Assembly: GCA_016284355.1 (NCBI GenBank)
Contig: JAEEOQ010000099.1
Span: 181 to 64,180, forward strand
Length of the DNA stretch: 64,000 nt
Direction of reading: 5' to 3'
Source of the DNA: Lachnospiraceae bacterium
Lineage (GTDB): Bacteria > Bacillota > Clostridia > Lachnospirales > Lachnospiraceae
A model generated the notes under the pieces. It searched no databases. It was not told the DNA's origin and saw only the letters and a program-made list of their open reading frames with translations. Below, in pieces: positions 13,938-22,615 of the stretch (position 1 is its first letter; every line of letters starts with the position of its first letter). Made by a program: the position numbers and the translations under genes.

Positions 13938-15206
13938 TTATCTTCCCTCTTCCTCGTAAGCCTTTAATATCGCAGCGTAGATCCCGTCTGCAATAAGCTC
14001 GATATTTTTTTCATCCTGCAGCATAGCAAGATCGTCAGGATTTGTAAGGTAGCCAATCTCAAGTAAAGCTACCGGCACCTTGCTGTGCCCTATTATAAAT
14101 GTGGTAGAGCCCATTCTAAGGCCACGGTTTCTGTTGTTAAGCCTTCCCACAACCTCATTTAAAAGGAGGGTCGCAAGCTCTTTAGAATCCACATTACCGT
14201 CTGTTTCAAGCAGTTCATTGTATAAAACCTCAGTTCCGTAGGCCCACCTGTTGTAGTAGGCGTTGTTGTGTACGGAAACAAAGTAATCGGCCTCAGCCTC
14301 ATTTGCAAGGGTTACACGCGGTAAAAGGTATACGGACGAGTCGTCTGTGCGGGTGTAAAACGCCTTGATGTCTGTCTGGGCGTCAAATCTTTCTTTTATC
14401 TTTTTGATGATCTCAAGGTTAAAGTCTTTCTCAAGATACTTTCTGTCGTTACTCATAGTACCGGGGTGCTTTCCGCCGTGACCGGCATCAAATACCACGA
14501 TCTTGTCGTAAACTTCTTTTGGATTTTTAAGGTCGATGTAATAATTTGCCTCATCCTCATATAAAACAGGGATGTAAAGATGGTCTGTAGTAAGGCTCAT
14601 CTTAGCTATCTCTGAGGCTTCATCGTACTCTATGTTTACTGCGCGAACAAGGTCTTCAGGGCCTTCTTTTTTCTCATTTTCGATCTTAAGATCTTCTGCA
14701 TCGATCTTATCAAGGTCAGCAGGCTCTTCATCATCATAAAGGTACTCGTCTTTGTATACCTCAAGGTGCGCCGTGTCGGCTTCGCCCGTAAATTCCTTGC
14801 CCTCGCTGTATCTGCGCACACACATGTTGTCCCAAGTAAGTTTGGTTACGCCGGTTGCTTTAAGGGTTATCACTCTGTAAAGGTAATCCTCATCTATAGC
14901 AAGTTCTGCAGTCCCGTCCGAACCGTTCTTTGGGATAATAAGATAGCGTTTGCCAAGCTTTTCCACCATTTCTTCTTCGCGGCTTACAGGTTCAGGCTCA
15001 GGCACCGGTTCAAGCTCAGGTTCTTCTTCATTTTCCTCAACGCCAATTAAGGAAGTCTCTTCTACGACTTCCTCGCTGCCGGCCATAACAACACCGGGAG
15101 TATTCTCTTTTGTGACATACGCCGAAAAGATCAGCATGAAGATCATAAGCAGCACGCTGTTTCCGGCGGTGCGTTTAAGGAGTTTTGAATCCAACCCTAT
15201 CACCAC
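13938..15206 (-). CDS. N-acetylmuramoyl-L-alanine amidase (Amidase_3) with N-terminal membrane anchor and acidic linker
   Basis: The C-terminal domain carries VVFDAGHGGKHPGT ... FVSVHNNA ... LLEIGYLTN, typical of the CwlB/AmiC type. The first codon appears to be GTG, so the start is uncertain. Confidence 0.85.
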   Translation of the reverse strand: MVIGLDSKLLKRTAGNSVLLMIFMLIFSAYVTKENTPGVVMAGSEEVVEETSLIGVEENEEEPELEPVPEPEPVSREEEMVEKLGKRYLIIPKNGSDGTAELAIDEDYLYRVITLKATGVTKLTWDNMCVRRYSEGKEFTGEADTAHLEVYKDEYLYDDEEPADLDKIDAEDLKIENEKKEGPEDLVRAVNIEYDEASEIAKMSLTTDHLYIPVLYEDEANYYIDLKNPKEVYDKIVVFDAGHGGKHPGTMSNDRKYLEKDFNLEIIKKIKERFDAQTDIKAFYTRTDDSSVYLLPRVTLANEAEADYFVSVHNNAYYNRWAYGTEVLYNELLETDGNVDSKELATLLLNEVVGRLNNRNRGLRMGSTTFIIGHSKVPVALLEIGYLTNPDDLAMLQDEKNIELIADGIYAAILKAYEEEGR

Positions 15207-15288
15207 CTTTTTTAATTATATTCTAGGGCAAAAAAATGTGCAAGTTTTTATTTGGTTATGCTATACTTGATAGTAGAAATAAAAAAAC

Positions 15289-16218
15289 ATGGGGGTGTTT
15301 TTATTGGAGACAGGTAATTTAACAGTTAAACAGGCTGACGGTTTTAACACAAAGGTTTTTTCCTACCTTTCAGATACGCCTAAGGCCAGCCTTGTTATTT
15401 TTCACGGAATGGCAGAGCATCACGAAAGATACGATGACTTTTGCAGATTTCTTTGCGAGAACGGTTTTGACGTATACATTTACGACCACAGAGGCCACGG
15501 CAAAGACACCAAACTTGAAGATCTTGGCTTTATTGCCGAAAAAGACGGCGACAAGCTCCTTACCGGAGATGCCGTAAATGTGGTAAATACAGTAAGGGCG
15601 CAGTCACGTACCAAAGATTTCTTTGTTTTTGGTCACAGTATGGGTTCCTTTATTTGCAGAGTCGTTATTCAGGAAATCTGCGACATAAACGGTGCCGTTA
15701 TCTGCGGTACCAACTACCCTGACGGCGCCACAAAGGCAGGCGGGCTTTGCATCACTGCTCTTGCAAGAAAATTTAAGGGAGCTAAGAAGAAAGCTCCGGG
15801 GCTTAACAAGTTCATGTTTGAAAACAAAGACTATCTTTCGGTTTCCACAAGGACCGTTATGGACTGGCTGTCCCGCGACAACACTGTGGTTGGCCAGTAT
15901 ATAAATGACCCGTATTGCGGTTTTGTCTGCACCAACTCTTTCTACCACGACCTTATTGCGGTCATTACTCAGGCCGCAAAGAAGAAGGCTCAGCTAAAGA
16001 CGAGAAAGGACTTTCCGATGTTCTTTATTGCAGGCGCCAAAGATCCTGTGGGTGGCTTTGGAAAGCAGGTTGATGCTCTTGTTAAGTTCTATAACAAGAA
16101 CGGCTATACCGCCGTGAAGGAAAAGATCTACCCTGAATGCAGACATGAGCTACTAAATGAACTAAACAAAGAAGAAGTTTATAATGACGTACTGACATGG
16201 CTTAATGAGAATATTTAG
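15289..16218 (+). CDS. Alpha/beta hydrolase (lysophospholipase / monoacylglycerol lipase-like)
   Basis: HGMAEH oxyanion region, GHSMGS nucleophile elbow and a C-terminal histidine region (ECRHELLNE). Confidence 0.8.
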   Translation: MGVFLLETGNLTVKQADGFNTKVFSYLSDTPKASLVIFHGMAEHHERYDDFCRFLCENGFDVYIYDHRGHGKDTKLEDLGFIAEKDGDKLLTGDAVNVVNTVRAQSRTKDFFVFGHSMGSFICRVVIQEICDINGAVICGTNYPDGATKAGGLCITALARKFKGAKKKAPGLNKFMFENKDYLSVSTRTVMDWLSRDNTVVGQYINDPYCGFVCTNSFYHDLIAVITQAAKKKAQLKTRKDFPMFFIAGAKDPVGGFGKQVDALVKFYNKNGYTAVKEKIYPECRHELLNELNKEEVYNDVLTWLNENI

Positions 16219-16227
16219 TTTTGGGAA

Positions 16228-16261
16228 GGAGCGGTGCTTTTTGGTGCCGCTCCCTTTTTTC
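16228..16261 (+). terminator. Rho-independent terminator
   Basis: A 10-bp stem (GGAGCGGTGC / GGTGCCGCTCC, with wobble pairs) followed by TTTTTT, 10 nt after the stop at 16218. Confidence 0.7.
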
Positions 16262-16724
16262 TTTTTCGCAGTCAAAAAACACGCATTTTCTGACAATGTT
16301 CCGTCGCTTTTTCTTAAATGTGCATGCTGCGCTTAAAACTCGCCGCTCGGGGGATTCGGGGATTTTTGTCCTAAACGATTTAAAATGCCATTAAGCGGCC
16401 ACATCTCGCTAACGCGAGCTGATTCAGAAATATAAAAAGTCGCCTTTCAAGCAAGCTTGAGACGACTTTTTTATATCTCTTCTTGGTGCTGACGCACCAT
16501 ATGACCGCTTCTAATCTACAAACCATATATATCACTATATCCCCTCATCCCACCCTCCCGGCTCAAACAATCGCTCGCATGCACGCAAAAAGCTCCTTGG
16601 AACCTTGAGAAAATGGTATTTTTCTCCAATCGCGAAACAGAAAAAAGCGAGCTGCATAAGCACCGCATCTATAGTTATTATTTAACATGAATACATATTT
16701 ACATATTCATGAACATATTCACTA

Positions 16725-16751
16725 TGACATATGTACCTGGTACATGTGTCA
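16725..16751. repeat. Palindromic-element family, copy 2 (collapsed form: TGACATATGTACC-T-GGTACATGTGTCA)
   Basis: It shares the TGACATATGTACC terminus and its inverted partner with the other copies. Intergenic. Confidence 0.6.
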
Positions 16752-16774
16752 TGCTCTGCCTGGGTGAGTGTAAA

Positions 16775-16910
16775 AATCCTTGATCTGCTTAACTGCAATA
16801 TATCCGGCGCGGAAGGTTTGTCAATCCTGCGCTTTGCGCACCGCGAAGCGGCTACGGGATTGACAGACATTACGAGCCGGATAAGATTGTAATTAAGCAG
16901 ACCAAGGATT
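16775..16910. repeat. Nested-hairpin element of about 135 bp, copy 1
   Basis: Outer 18-bp stem (AATCCTTGATCTGCTTAA / TTAAGCAGACCAAGGATT, 1 mismatch), middle stem (TATCCGGC / GCCGGATA) and inner stem (TGTCAATCC / GGATTGACA), with a TGCGC-TTT-GCGCA tip. Same architecture and conserved blocks as 63569-63700. Confidence 0.7.
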
Positions 16911-16937
16911 AAAATGCTATCTATTTTATTTATTATG

Positions 16938-18029
16938 CTATTTTGTAAATGTACGGGTTTCTGTTTCAAAGCCTGTAGCTCTTACTTCTACTGTATGCTC
17001 TCCCGGCGCAAGGTTTTCTGTTTCGATCCAGTTTGCATATACGCCGTCTCCATTTACAAATGATTTTGCAGGTGTTACTTCCACACCGTCAATGAGAATT
17101 GTTGCCTGTCCTTCTGCATATTTGTTAAGTGAGCAAAACAGGTACTCTGTTCCTTTTACATTTCCTATGTAGGGACTTCCACTGATAAGTACATCAAATG
17201 GAACATGCATGAAAATATATTCTTTGGTTTCATATCCTTCTGCCGAAATATATACATGGGTTCCCTGATCCTGCTGTACATCCGTAATATCTATCCAAAG
17301 AATATAGTCACCATCCCCACTTATAAAAGAATCAAATGGCTCTACTTCTTCTTCAAGTCCAAATGTTATTTTTACTATGTCCTTTACTGCCGGGTTAAGT
17401 GCAATGTACAAAGTATTATCTCTGGCAAATGGCTCGAAAGAACCGATCAAACCATCAAAGGATGGTGCCTTATATGTAAAGCTCCATTCATAATCGTTAT
17501 AGCCGTCTTTAGTTATTTTTAATGTGTGCTTTCCTTCTGAAACCGGCTCATTAAAAATAACATATGACTTTCCCTCTTCATCGGTAGAGACTTCGTTATT
17601 ATTTAATGCTTGTCCGTCAATATAGTAGCTACAATCCGGTACTAATTCGCCCACATATCTAAATCCGGAAGCATCACCAAGACAGCTAAAACTGTCCTCT
17701 TTATATCCAAATTCTTTTTTAATTTCCTTCACAGTTACTATGCAGGTGTACTTCTTCTTAGTAGTCTTATTTGTAGCAACGATTTTCGCAGTACCCGCTT
17801 TAACTCCGGTTACCTTTCCTTTCTTTGTGACAGTGGCAACAGTCTTATCAGAAGACTTCCATGTAACATTTTTTGCGCCACTAAGCTTTAAACTGACGCT
17901 CTTTCCAGCATTAACAGTAACTTTCTTTTTGTTAAGTTTAACTGCAGCATTAACCTTTGTAGTAGGAACTACTGTAAGGAACATTGCAAAAAACAATACT
18001 GCCGCTACAATCATTTTTCTAAACTTCAT
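16938..18029 (-). CDS. Secreted protein with one Big_2 (bacterial Ig-like group 2) domain and a repeated C-terminal region
   Basis: Signal peptide MKFRKMIVAAVLFFAMFLTVVPTTKVNA. Big_2 signature KKKVTVNAGKSVSLKL...SSDKTVATVTKKGKVTGVKAGTAKIVA. Confidence 0.8.
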   Translation of the reverse strand: MKFRKMIVAAVLFFAMFLTVVPTTKVNAAVKLNKKKVTVNAGKSVSLKLSGAKNVTWKSSDKTVATVTKKGKVTGVKAGTAKIVATNKTTKKKYTCIVTVKEIKKEFGYKEDSFSCLGDASGFRYVGELVPDCSYYIDGQALNNNEVSTDEEGKSYVIFNEPVSEGKHTLKITKDGYNDYEWSFTYKAPSFDGLIGSFEPFARDNTLYIALNPAVKDIVKITFGLEEEVEPFDSFISGDGDYILWIDITDVQQDQGTHVYISAEGYETKEYIFMHVPFDVLISGSPYIGNVKGTEYLFCSLNKYAEGQATILIDGVEVTPAKSFVNGDGVYANWIETENLAPGEHTVEVRATGFETETRTFTK

Positions 18030-18128
18030 AAACGCCCTCCTTAAGGCAAAACAAAAAAAACAGTTGGCGTCATTATAACATGGTTACATTTTTATATCAA
18101 TATTTTATTTGGCATTATTTCTTGTAAC

Positions 18129-18158
18129 CAAAAAGCAGAACCTTATGACTCTGCTTTT
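18129..18158 (-). terminator. Rho-independent terminator downstream of the patatin-like gene
   Basis: A 9-bp stem (AAAAGCAGA / TCTGCTTTT) with a 10-nt loop and a T-run on the minus strand. Confidence 0.55.
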
Positions 18159-18162
18159 AAAA

Positions 18163-18226
18163 TGACATATGTACCAGGTACCTGTGTAAAAAACGTTTTT
18201 TACACAGGTACCTGGTACATATGTCA
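18163..18226. repeat. Palindromic-element family, copy 3: perfect 64-bp palindrome
   Basis: TGACATATGTACCAGGTACCTGTGTAAAAAAC | GTTTTTTACACAGGTACCTGGTACATATGTCA. The terminal TCA (18224-18226) is the stop codon of the patatin-like gene. Confidence 0.85.
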
Positions 18227-19078
18227 TAGTTCTGAGTTCAGAAATGCTTTCAGGGCTTCGAGTTTTTCGGTCATGACTTGTCTGCCGATATCATAGGCAG
18301 CCTGGAGTTTTTCAGGGTCATGCTCTATTCTGCCGACAGGTAGCTTGGCGGGCGGAGCAATCACAAATGCTTTGCCCTTTTTCTCCTGCTCTTTTACGTA
18401 CTCTACTTCCCTGTTGTACATCTTGTGGCGTCTTTCGAGGGCCTTTATCATGCCAGGGTATTTCCTCAACGAAACGTCTGTAAGAAGCTTAAAGGATGAA
18501 GGCTTTTTGACGTAATCCACAGGCTGGGTGCGGACCACCACATTTTTGGTATAGCCCTCATCTTCCATAAATTTTAAAGGAATAGAGTCTGATATCCCGC
18601 CGTCAAGGTATTCCTTATCGCCGATCTTTACAGGCTTTGAAACCATAGGCATAGAAGCAGATGCCTGCATCCATTTAATGGCTTTTCCCCTGCAGCTTTT
18701 TAAGTTTACATATACAGGGCTGCCGGTGGTGCAGTCAGTAGCCACAACGTAAAACGGCATAGGATTTGACTCATAAGTGGCATGGTCTATCTTGTCAAGA
18801 TCTTCAGGTATGTCCTCGTAGCAAAACTTTACTCCGAAAATATCGCCTGTTAAAAGGAGCGACGTAAAGGAACAGAATCTTGGATCTATTGCAAATCTTT
18901 TGCAATACCTAAGCGGTCTTCCTATCTGTTTTGACTTATAATTGCATCCAAATGTGGCTCCGGCGGAAACTCCGATGGCTCCGTCAAACCAGATCTCATT
19001 TTCCATTAAAACATCAATAACTCCGGCGGTAAACATGCCTCGCATTGCTCCGCCTTCAAGTACAAGTCCGGTCTTCAT
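18224..19078 (-). CDS. Patatin-like phospholipase
   Basis: GLVLEGGAMRG glycine-rich oxyanion motif, GVSAGA nucleophile motif and a DGG Asp motif (YLDGGISD). I place the start at MKTGLVLEGG (ATG at 19078), preceded by AGAGGAGAG. Confidence 0.85.
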   Translation of the reverse strand: MKTGLVLEGGAMRGMFTAGVIDVLMENEIWFDGAIGVSAGATFGCNYKSKQIGRPLRYCKRFAIDPRFCSFTSLLLTGDIFGVKFCYEDIPEDLDKIDHATYESNPMPFYVVATDCTTGSPVYVNLKSCRGKAIKWMQASASMPMVSKPVKIGDKEYLDGGISDSIPLKFMEDEGYTKNVVVRTQPVDYVKKPSSFKLLTDVSLRKYPGMIKALERRHKMYNREVEYVKEQEKKGKAFVIAPPAKLPVGRIEHDPEKLQAAYDIGRQVMTEKLEALKAFLNSEL

Positions 19079-19113
19079 GTCATACTCTCCTCTTTGTTTT
19101 TTCAAAATTAAAT

Positions 19114-20817
19114 TTATTCAAAAAAGTCTTCCATGGTAAAATTCTTGTATTTTGGCGCATCTGCAACATTTTCAAGGTACAGAGCGTAGCGCATCTCTTC
19201 AGTTGCGAGATACTTTTCTCTTACCTCTTCTGAAACCATAAGGCCCTCAGACGGCCCGATGCCGTAATCAAAAGGAACCCACATCTCTTTTCCTACGTTG
19301 TTGGTAACTCTAACTACTGTCCATGCGTGGTTTATATTACCACTGCTGCAAGAGTAGCATTCAAAGCCAAGCATCCTGAATACCAGCTTTTCATAATCCG
19401 CAAACACCTGACAAACGCCGCTTGCCTTGCCGTCCATGAGCTTTTGCAGGCCTTCCGCATAGTTGCTTGTTCCCATATCATAATGGTCGTATGAGTAGAC
19501 CATCTGCAGGCTACCATCATTTGGGAATTCCCATACACAGTCAAAAATGCCGCTGTACATTAATGCGAAAAGCTTGCCGGCGTCACTCAAGTCTGCAAAT
19601 GACGTATTTGCAAGATAAGAAAGCTGTGAATTATCCACATTCTTAAAGGTATTTGAACTCCACCAATATCCGCTGTCTGCAAGGCGTTCGTTCGCCCTTG
19701 CCTTGTACTGGGCTTCAAGCCTTCTAAAAAACTCTTCGCTTTTCTTGTATACATTTGCGTAATCTTTACTTACCCCTACATACACACAGGTATCTGACAT
19801 CGTCGTGCTTACATCGCACATAAATGTATATCCGCCGGATTTTTTGCACATCAGCCTGTGAAGGTCTTTTAAAATAACTTTTGCCTCGCTTTCCGGGGCA
19901 TCTATTTTTAACGTAAAACTCTCACCTTTAAGGAGTTTTTCATGAAGAGAATCTGCCAGCTCCTCATTTGCGGCTGTCACGGTGATCATGTTTTTGATCT
20001 GTTTTTTCGTAAATGAGCCGTTCAATACCTCTTTATCGACAGTTGCTTCTATCGAGGTATACTTTTTCTTGTAGGTTTTTGTCTTGCCGTTCTTTTCGCT
20101 TAACGACCTATATTTTACGGTACCCGGTTTTGTTATCAGATACACCGAAACCTTATGGGTACCAAAACGATTATTTACCCGAACATATCTGTTTTCTTTT
20201 AGCAGGAGCTTACAGCACCCTGCTCCCGACTCGATCTTGCCGTCTATTATCGTAAGTGTATCAAGAACCTGATCGTATTTTTCAAGATAGCAATCCTTGG
20301 GATAAACATCGTTTTTTCTCTGATAGTAATAGTAAAACGAGTGAGTAAATCCGGCAAGCATATCTTCGATGGTGTTCCATTCACCTACGTTGAGATTTTT
20401 TGCAAATTCAGTAAAAAAGGCGGGAGCCTCAGAAGGCTCGATATAATCATAAACTGTGGAACCGGTTGTTTTTCTAAGTTTGCTTAAGTATTTGTTCGTT
20501 TTCTTTTTGCTTGAAGAAAGTGTGCCCCAGTTACAATTAACCATAGTTGCCACAACTTTTGCTCGTTCCTTAACAGGCAAAGCCGCAAGAGCCTCTGTAT
20601 TCATGCTGTAAACATCAAAATATGTCTTTCCGCCATCGTAAGTGGATTTGTCTTCAATGACGTACTTTTTTACATAGCTTGCCAGCACCTTATCAGAAGG
20701 CAGCTTCATGCCGGTGTAAGAAGCAGCATGCACCGTAACTCCGCTTGTAAGGAGGCTTACCGCTATCATGGCAAAGGCACAAAGTAGGCATATTGTTCGT
20801 TTTAAAGTCTTTTTCAT
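19114..20817 (-). CDS. Secreted transglutaminase-like (papain-fold) domain protein, paralog 1 (predicted Cys nucleophile present)
   Basis: Signal peptide ending VHAASY. The C-terminal core reads ASGVCQVFADYEKLVFRMLGFE ... INHAWTVVRV ... WVPFDYG, matching the Cys-His-Asp transglutaminase-like pattern. Confidence 0.7.
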   Translation of the reverse strand: MKKTLKRTICLLCAFAMIAVSLLTSGVTVHAASYTGMKLPSDKVLASYVKKYVIEDKSTYDGGKTYFDVYSMNTEALAALPVKERAKVVATMVNCNWGTLSSSKKKTNKYLSKLRKTTGSTVYDYIEPSEAPAFFTEFAKNLNVGEWNTIEDMLAGFTHSFYYYYQRKNDVYPKDCYLEKYDQVLDTLTIIDGKIESGAGCCKLLLKENRYVRVNNRFGTHKVSVYLITKPGTVKYRSLSEKNGKTKTYKKKYTSIEATVDKEVLNGSFTKKQIKNMITVTAANEELADSLHEKLLKGESFTLKIDAPESEAKVILKDLHRLMCKKSGGYTFMCDVSTTMSDTCVYVGVSKDYANVYKKSEEFFRRLEAQYKARANERLADSGYWWSSNTFKNVDNSQLSYLANTSFADLSDAGKLFALMYSGIFDCVWEFPNDGSLQMVYSYDHYDMGTSNYAEGLQKLMDGKASGVCQVFADYEKLVFRMLGFECYSCSSGNINHAWTVVRVTNNVGKEMWVPFDYGIGPSEGLMVSEEVREKYLATEEMRYALYLENVADAPKYKNFTMEDFFE

Positions 20818-20873
20818 GTTTTGTTTCCTTCCGATTTTGGCACCCAGGGACGGAGTTAAGGGGCCATTTTAAT

Positions 20874-22610
20874 TTATTCAAAGAAATCCTCTAAAGTAAA
20901 ATTCTTATATTTCGGTGCTTCCTCTATTCCATAAAAGTATAAGTATAAGGAATATCTCATTTCTTCCGTTGCAAGATACTGCTCTCGTACTTCTTGCGAA
21001 ACATCAATGTCCTCACATGGCCCGATGCCGTAATCAAAAGGAACCCACATCTCTTTTCCTACGTTGTTGGTAACTCTAGCTACTGTCCATGCGTGGTTTA
21101 TAAGAGCATTATGGCTGTAATAACACTCAAAACCAAGCATCCTAAAAACAAGCATCTCGTATCGTGCTATAACACTGCTAATACGGCTTACATATCCGGT
21201 TTGCAGATTTTGCAGCGCTTCCTCGTATGTATTTACTCCCCAGCTATAAAAAATCTCTCCATCCTCCTTCTGCAGTCTGCCGTCAATCAGCCATCCATAA
21301 TGCCAATCAAAAATACCGCTAAACATTATGACGTATAACTTCCCGGCATCGCTAAGATCTGCAAAAGGTGTATTTGCAATATAAGACAGTTTTGAATCAT
21401 CAACGTTCTCAAATTCATTTGAAAGCCAAGAATATTCGCCGCCTGCAAGGCGATCTGCTGCTTTTGCTTTATACCGCGCTTCAAGCTGCGTAAAAAACTC
21501 TCCGCTTTTCTTGTATACATTTGCGTAGTCCTTTTTGATATTTACATAGACGCAGGTGTCTGTGATCGTGTTGCTTAGATCACGCAAAAATGTATAACCT
21601 CCTGACCTTTTACAGATCAGCTTATCAATATCTTTTAATATGACTTTTGCTTCTTTTTTTGGTGCTCTTATATTTAGGGCAAATTCATCACCGTTAAGAA
21701 GTTTTTTATGAATTAATTCTGCAAGCTCCTCATTTGCTGCATCTACGGTGATCATGTTTTTGATCTGCTTATCCGTAAAAGAGCCTTCCAAGGCCTCTTT
21801 ATCTATTGCAGCTTCTAGGGAAATATATTTTTTCTTGAATGTTTTTTTCTTGCCACTCTCATCGTCTACCGATTTATATTTGACTGTACCCGGTTTTGTT
21901 ACCAGATACACCGAAACATTATGCCTTTCATAATTATCTTTAACAAAATCGTATCTGTTCGCTTTTGTAAGAAGTTTGCAGCAACCTGCTCCGGATTCAA
22001 TCTTCCCGTCTATTATCTTAATGATATCAAGGACTTGATCATATTTATCAAGAGCAAAGTCATTAATGTCGACATCACCCTCCTCTTCATAACGCATGAT
22101 ATAATCAACAATCAGCCCCCCAATCTGCTCATCGATATACTCATAGTCTCTGATATTGAGATTTTTAGAAAGCATATAAAAAAAGGACGGTGCTTCGTAA
22201 GCACTTAAATAACTGTATGTTTGAGTGTTACCAAATGCTCTGCCGAGTTTATTAATATACTTGTTCGTTTTCTTTTTACTTGAAGAAAAAGTACCCCGAC
22301 AGCAATTACACATAGTAGCAACCACTTTTGCCTTTTCCTTTACAGGAAGAGCCTTAAGTGCCTCTATATTCATGGAGTAAAACCTGTTTTCTTCAACAAC
22401 GTACTTTTTTACATAGCTTGCAAGCACCTTATCTGAAGGCAGCTTCATACCGGTGTAAGATGCGGCCTGCGCCGTAACAGGGCTAAATGCAAGGCTTGCA
22501 ATGATTATAGCAAAAGCGCCAAGCAGGCAGGTAAGTCTTTTCAGTTTTTCTCTAAGTTTGTATTTTTCGGTCATTTTCTCATTGTCCTTTCTTTTTGATA
22601 TCATTGCCAA
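20874..22610 (-). CDS. Secreted transglutaminase-like domain protein, paralog 2 (predicted nucleophile position is Ser)
   Basis: Collinear with paralog 1, with an identical AASYTGMKLPSDKVLASYVKKYV and an identical INHAWTV..RVTNNVGKEMWVPFDYGIGP. The core region reads VSRISSVIARYEMLVFRMLGFE. The start is uncertain (TTG at 22610 or MTEKYKL at about 22574). Confidence 0.7.
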   Translation of the reverse strand: MAMISKRKDNEKMTEKYKLREKLKRLTCLLGAFAIIIASLAFSPVTAQAASYTGMKLPSDKVLASYVKKYVVEENRFYSMNIEALKALPVKEKAKVVATMCNCCRGTFSSSKKKTNKYINKLGRAFGNTQTYSYLSAYEAPSFFYMLSKNLNIRDYEYIDEQIGGLIVDYIMRYEEEGDVDINDFALDKYDQVLDIIKIIDGKIESGAGCCKLLTKANRYDFVKDNYERHNVSVYLVTKPGTVKYKSVDDESGKKKTFKKKYISLEAAIDKEALEGSFTDKQIKNMITVDAANEELAELIHKKLLNGDEFALNIRAPKKEAKVILKDIDKLICKRSGGYTFLRDLSNTITDTCVYVNIKKDYANVYKKSGEFFTQLEARYKAKAADRLAGGEYSWLSNEFENVDDSKLSYIANTPFADLSDAGKLYVIMFSGIFDWHYGWLIDGRLQKEDGEIFYSWGVNTYEEALQNLQTGYVSRISSVIARYEMLVFRMLGFECYYSHNALINHAWTVARVTNNVGKEMWVPFDYGIGPCEDIDVSQEVREQYLATEEMRYSLYLYFYGIEEAPKYKNFTLEDFFE

Positions 22611-22615
22611 AGCAT

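Noticed and set aside
16682-16969. A 95-aa minus-strand ORF in the 16.2-16.9 kb gap
   Set aside because: It spans the palindromic element and the nested hairpin element and overlaps the end of the Big_2 gene. Repeat DNA explains it better than a gene does.
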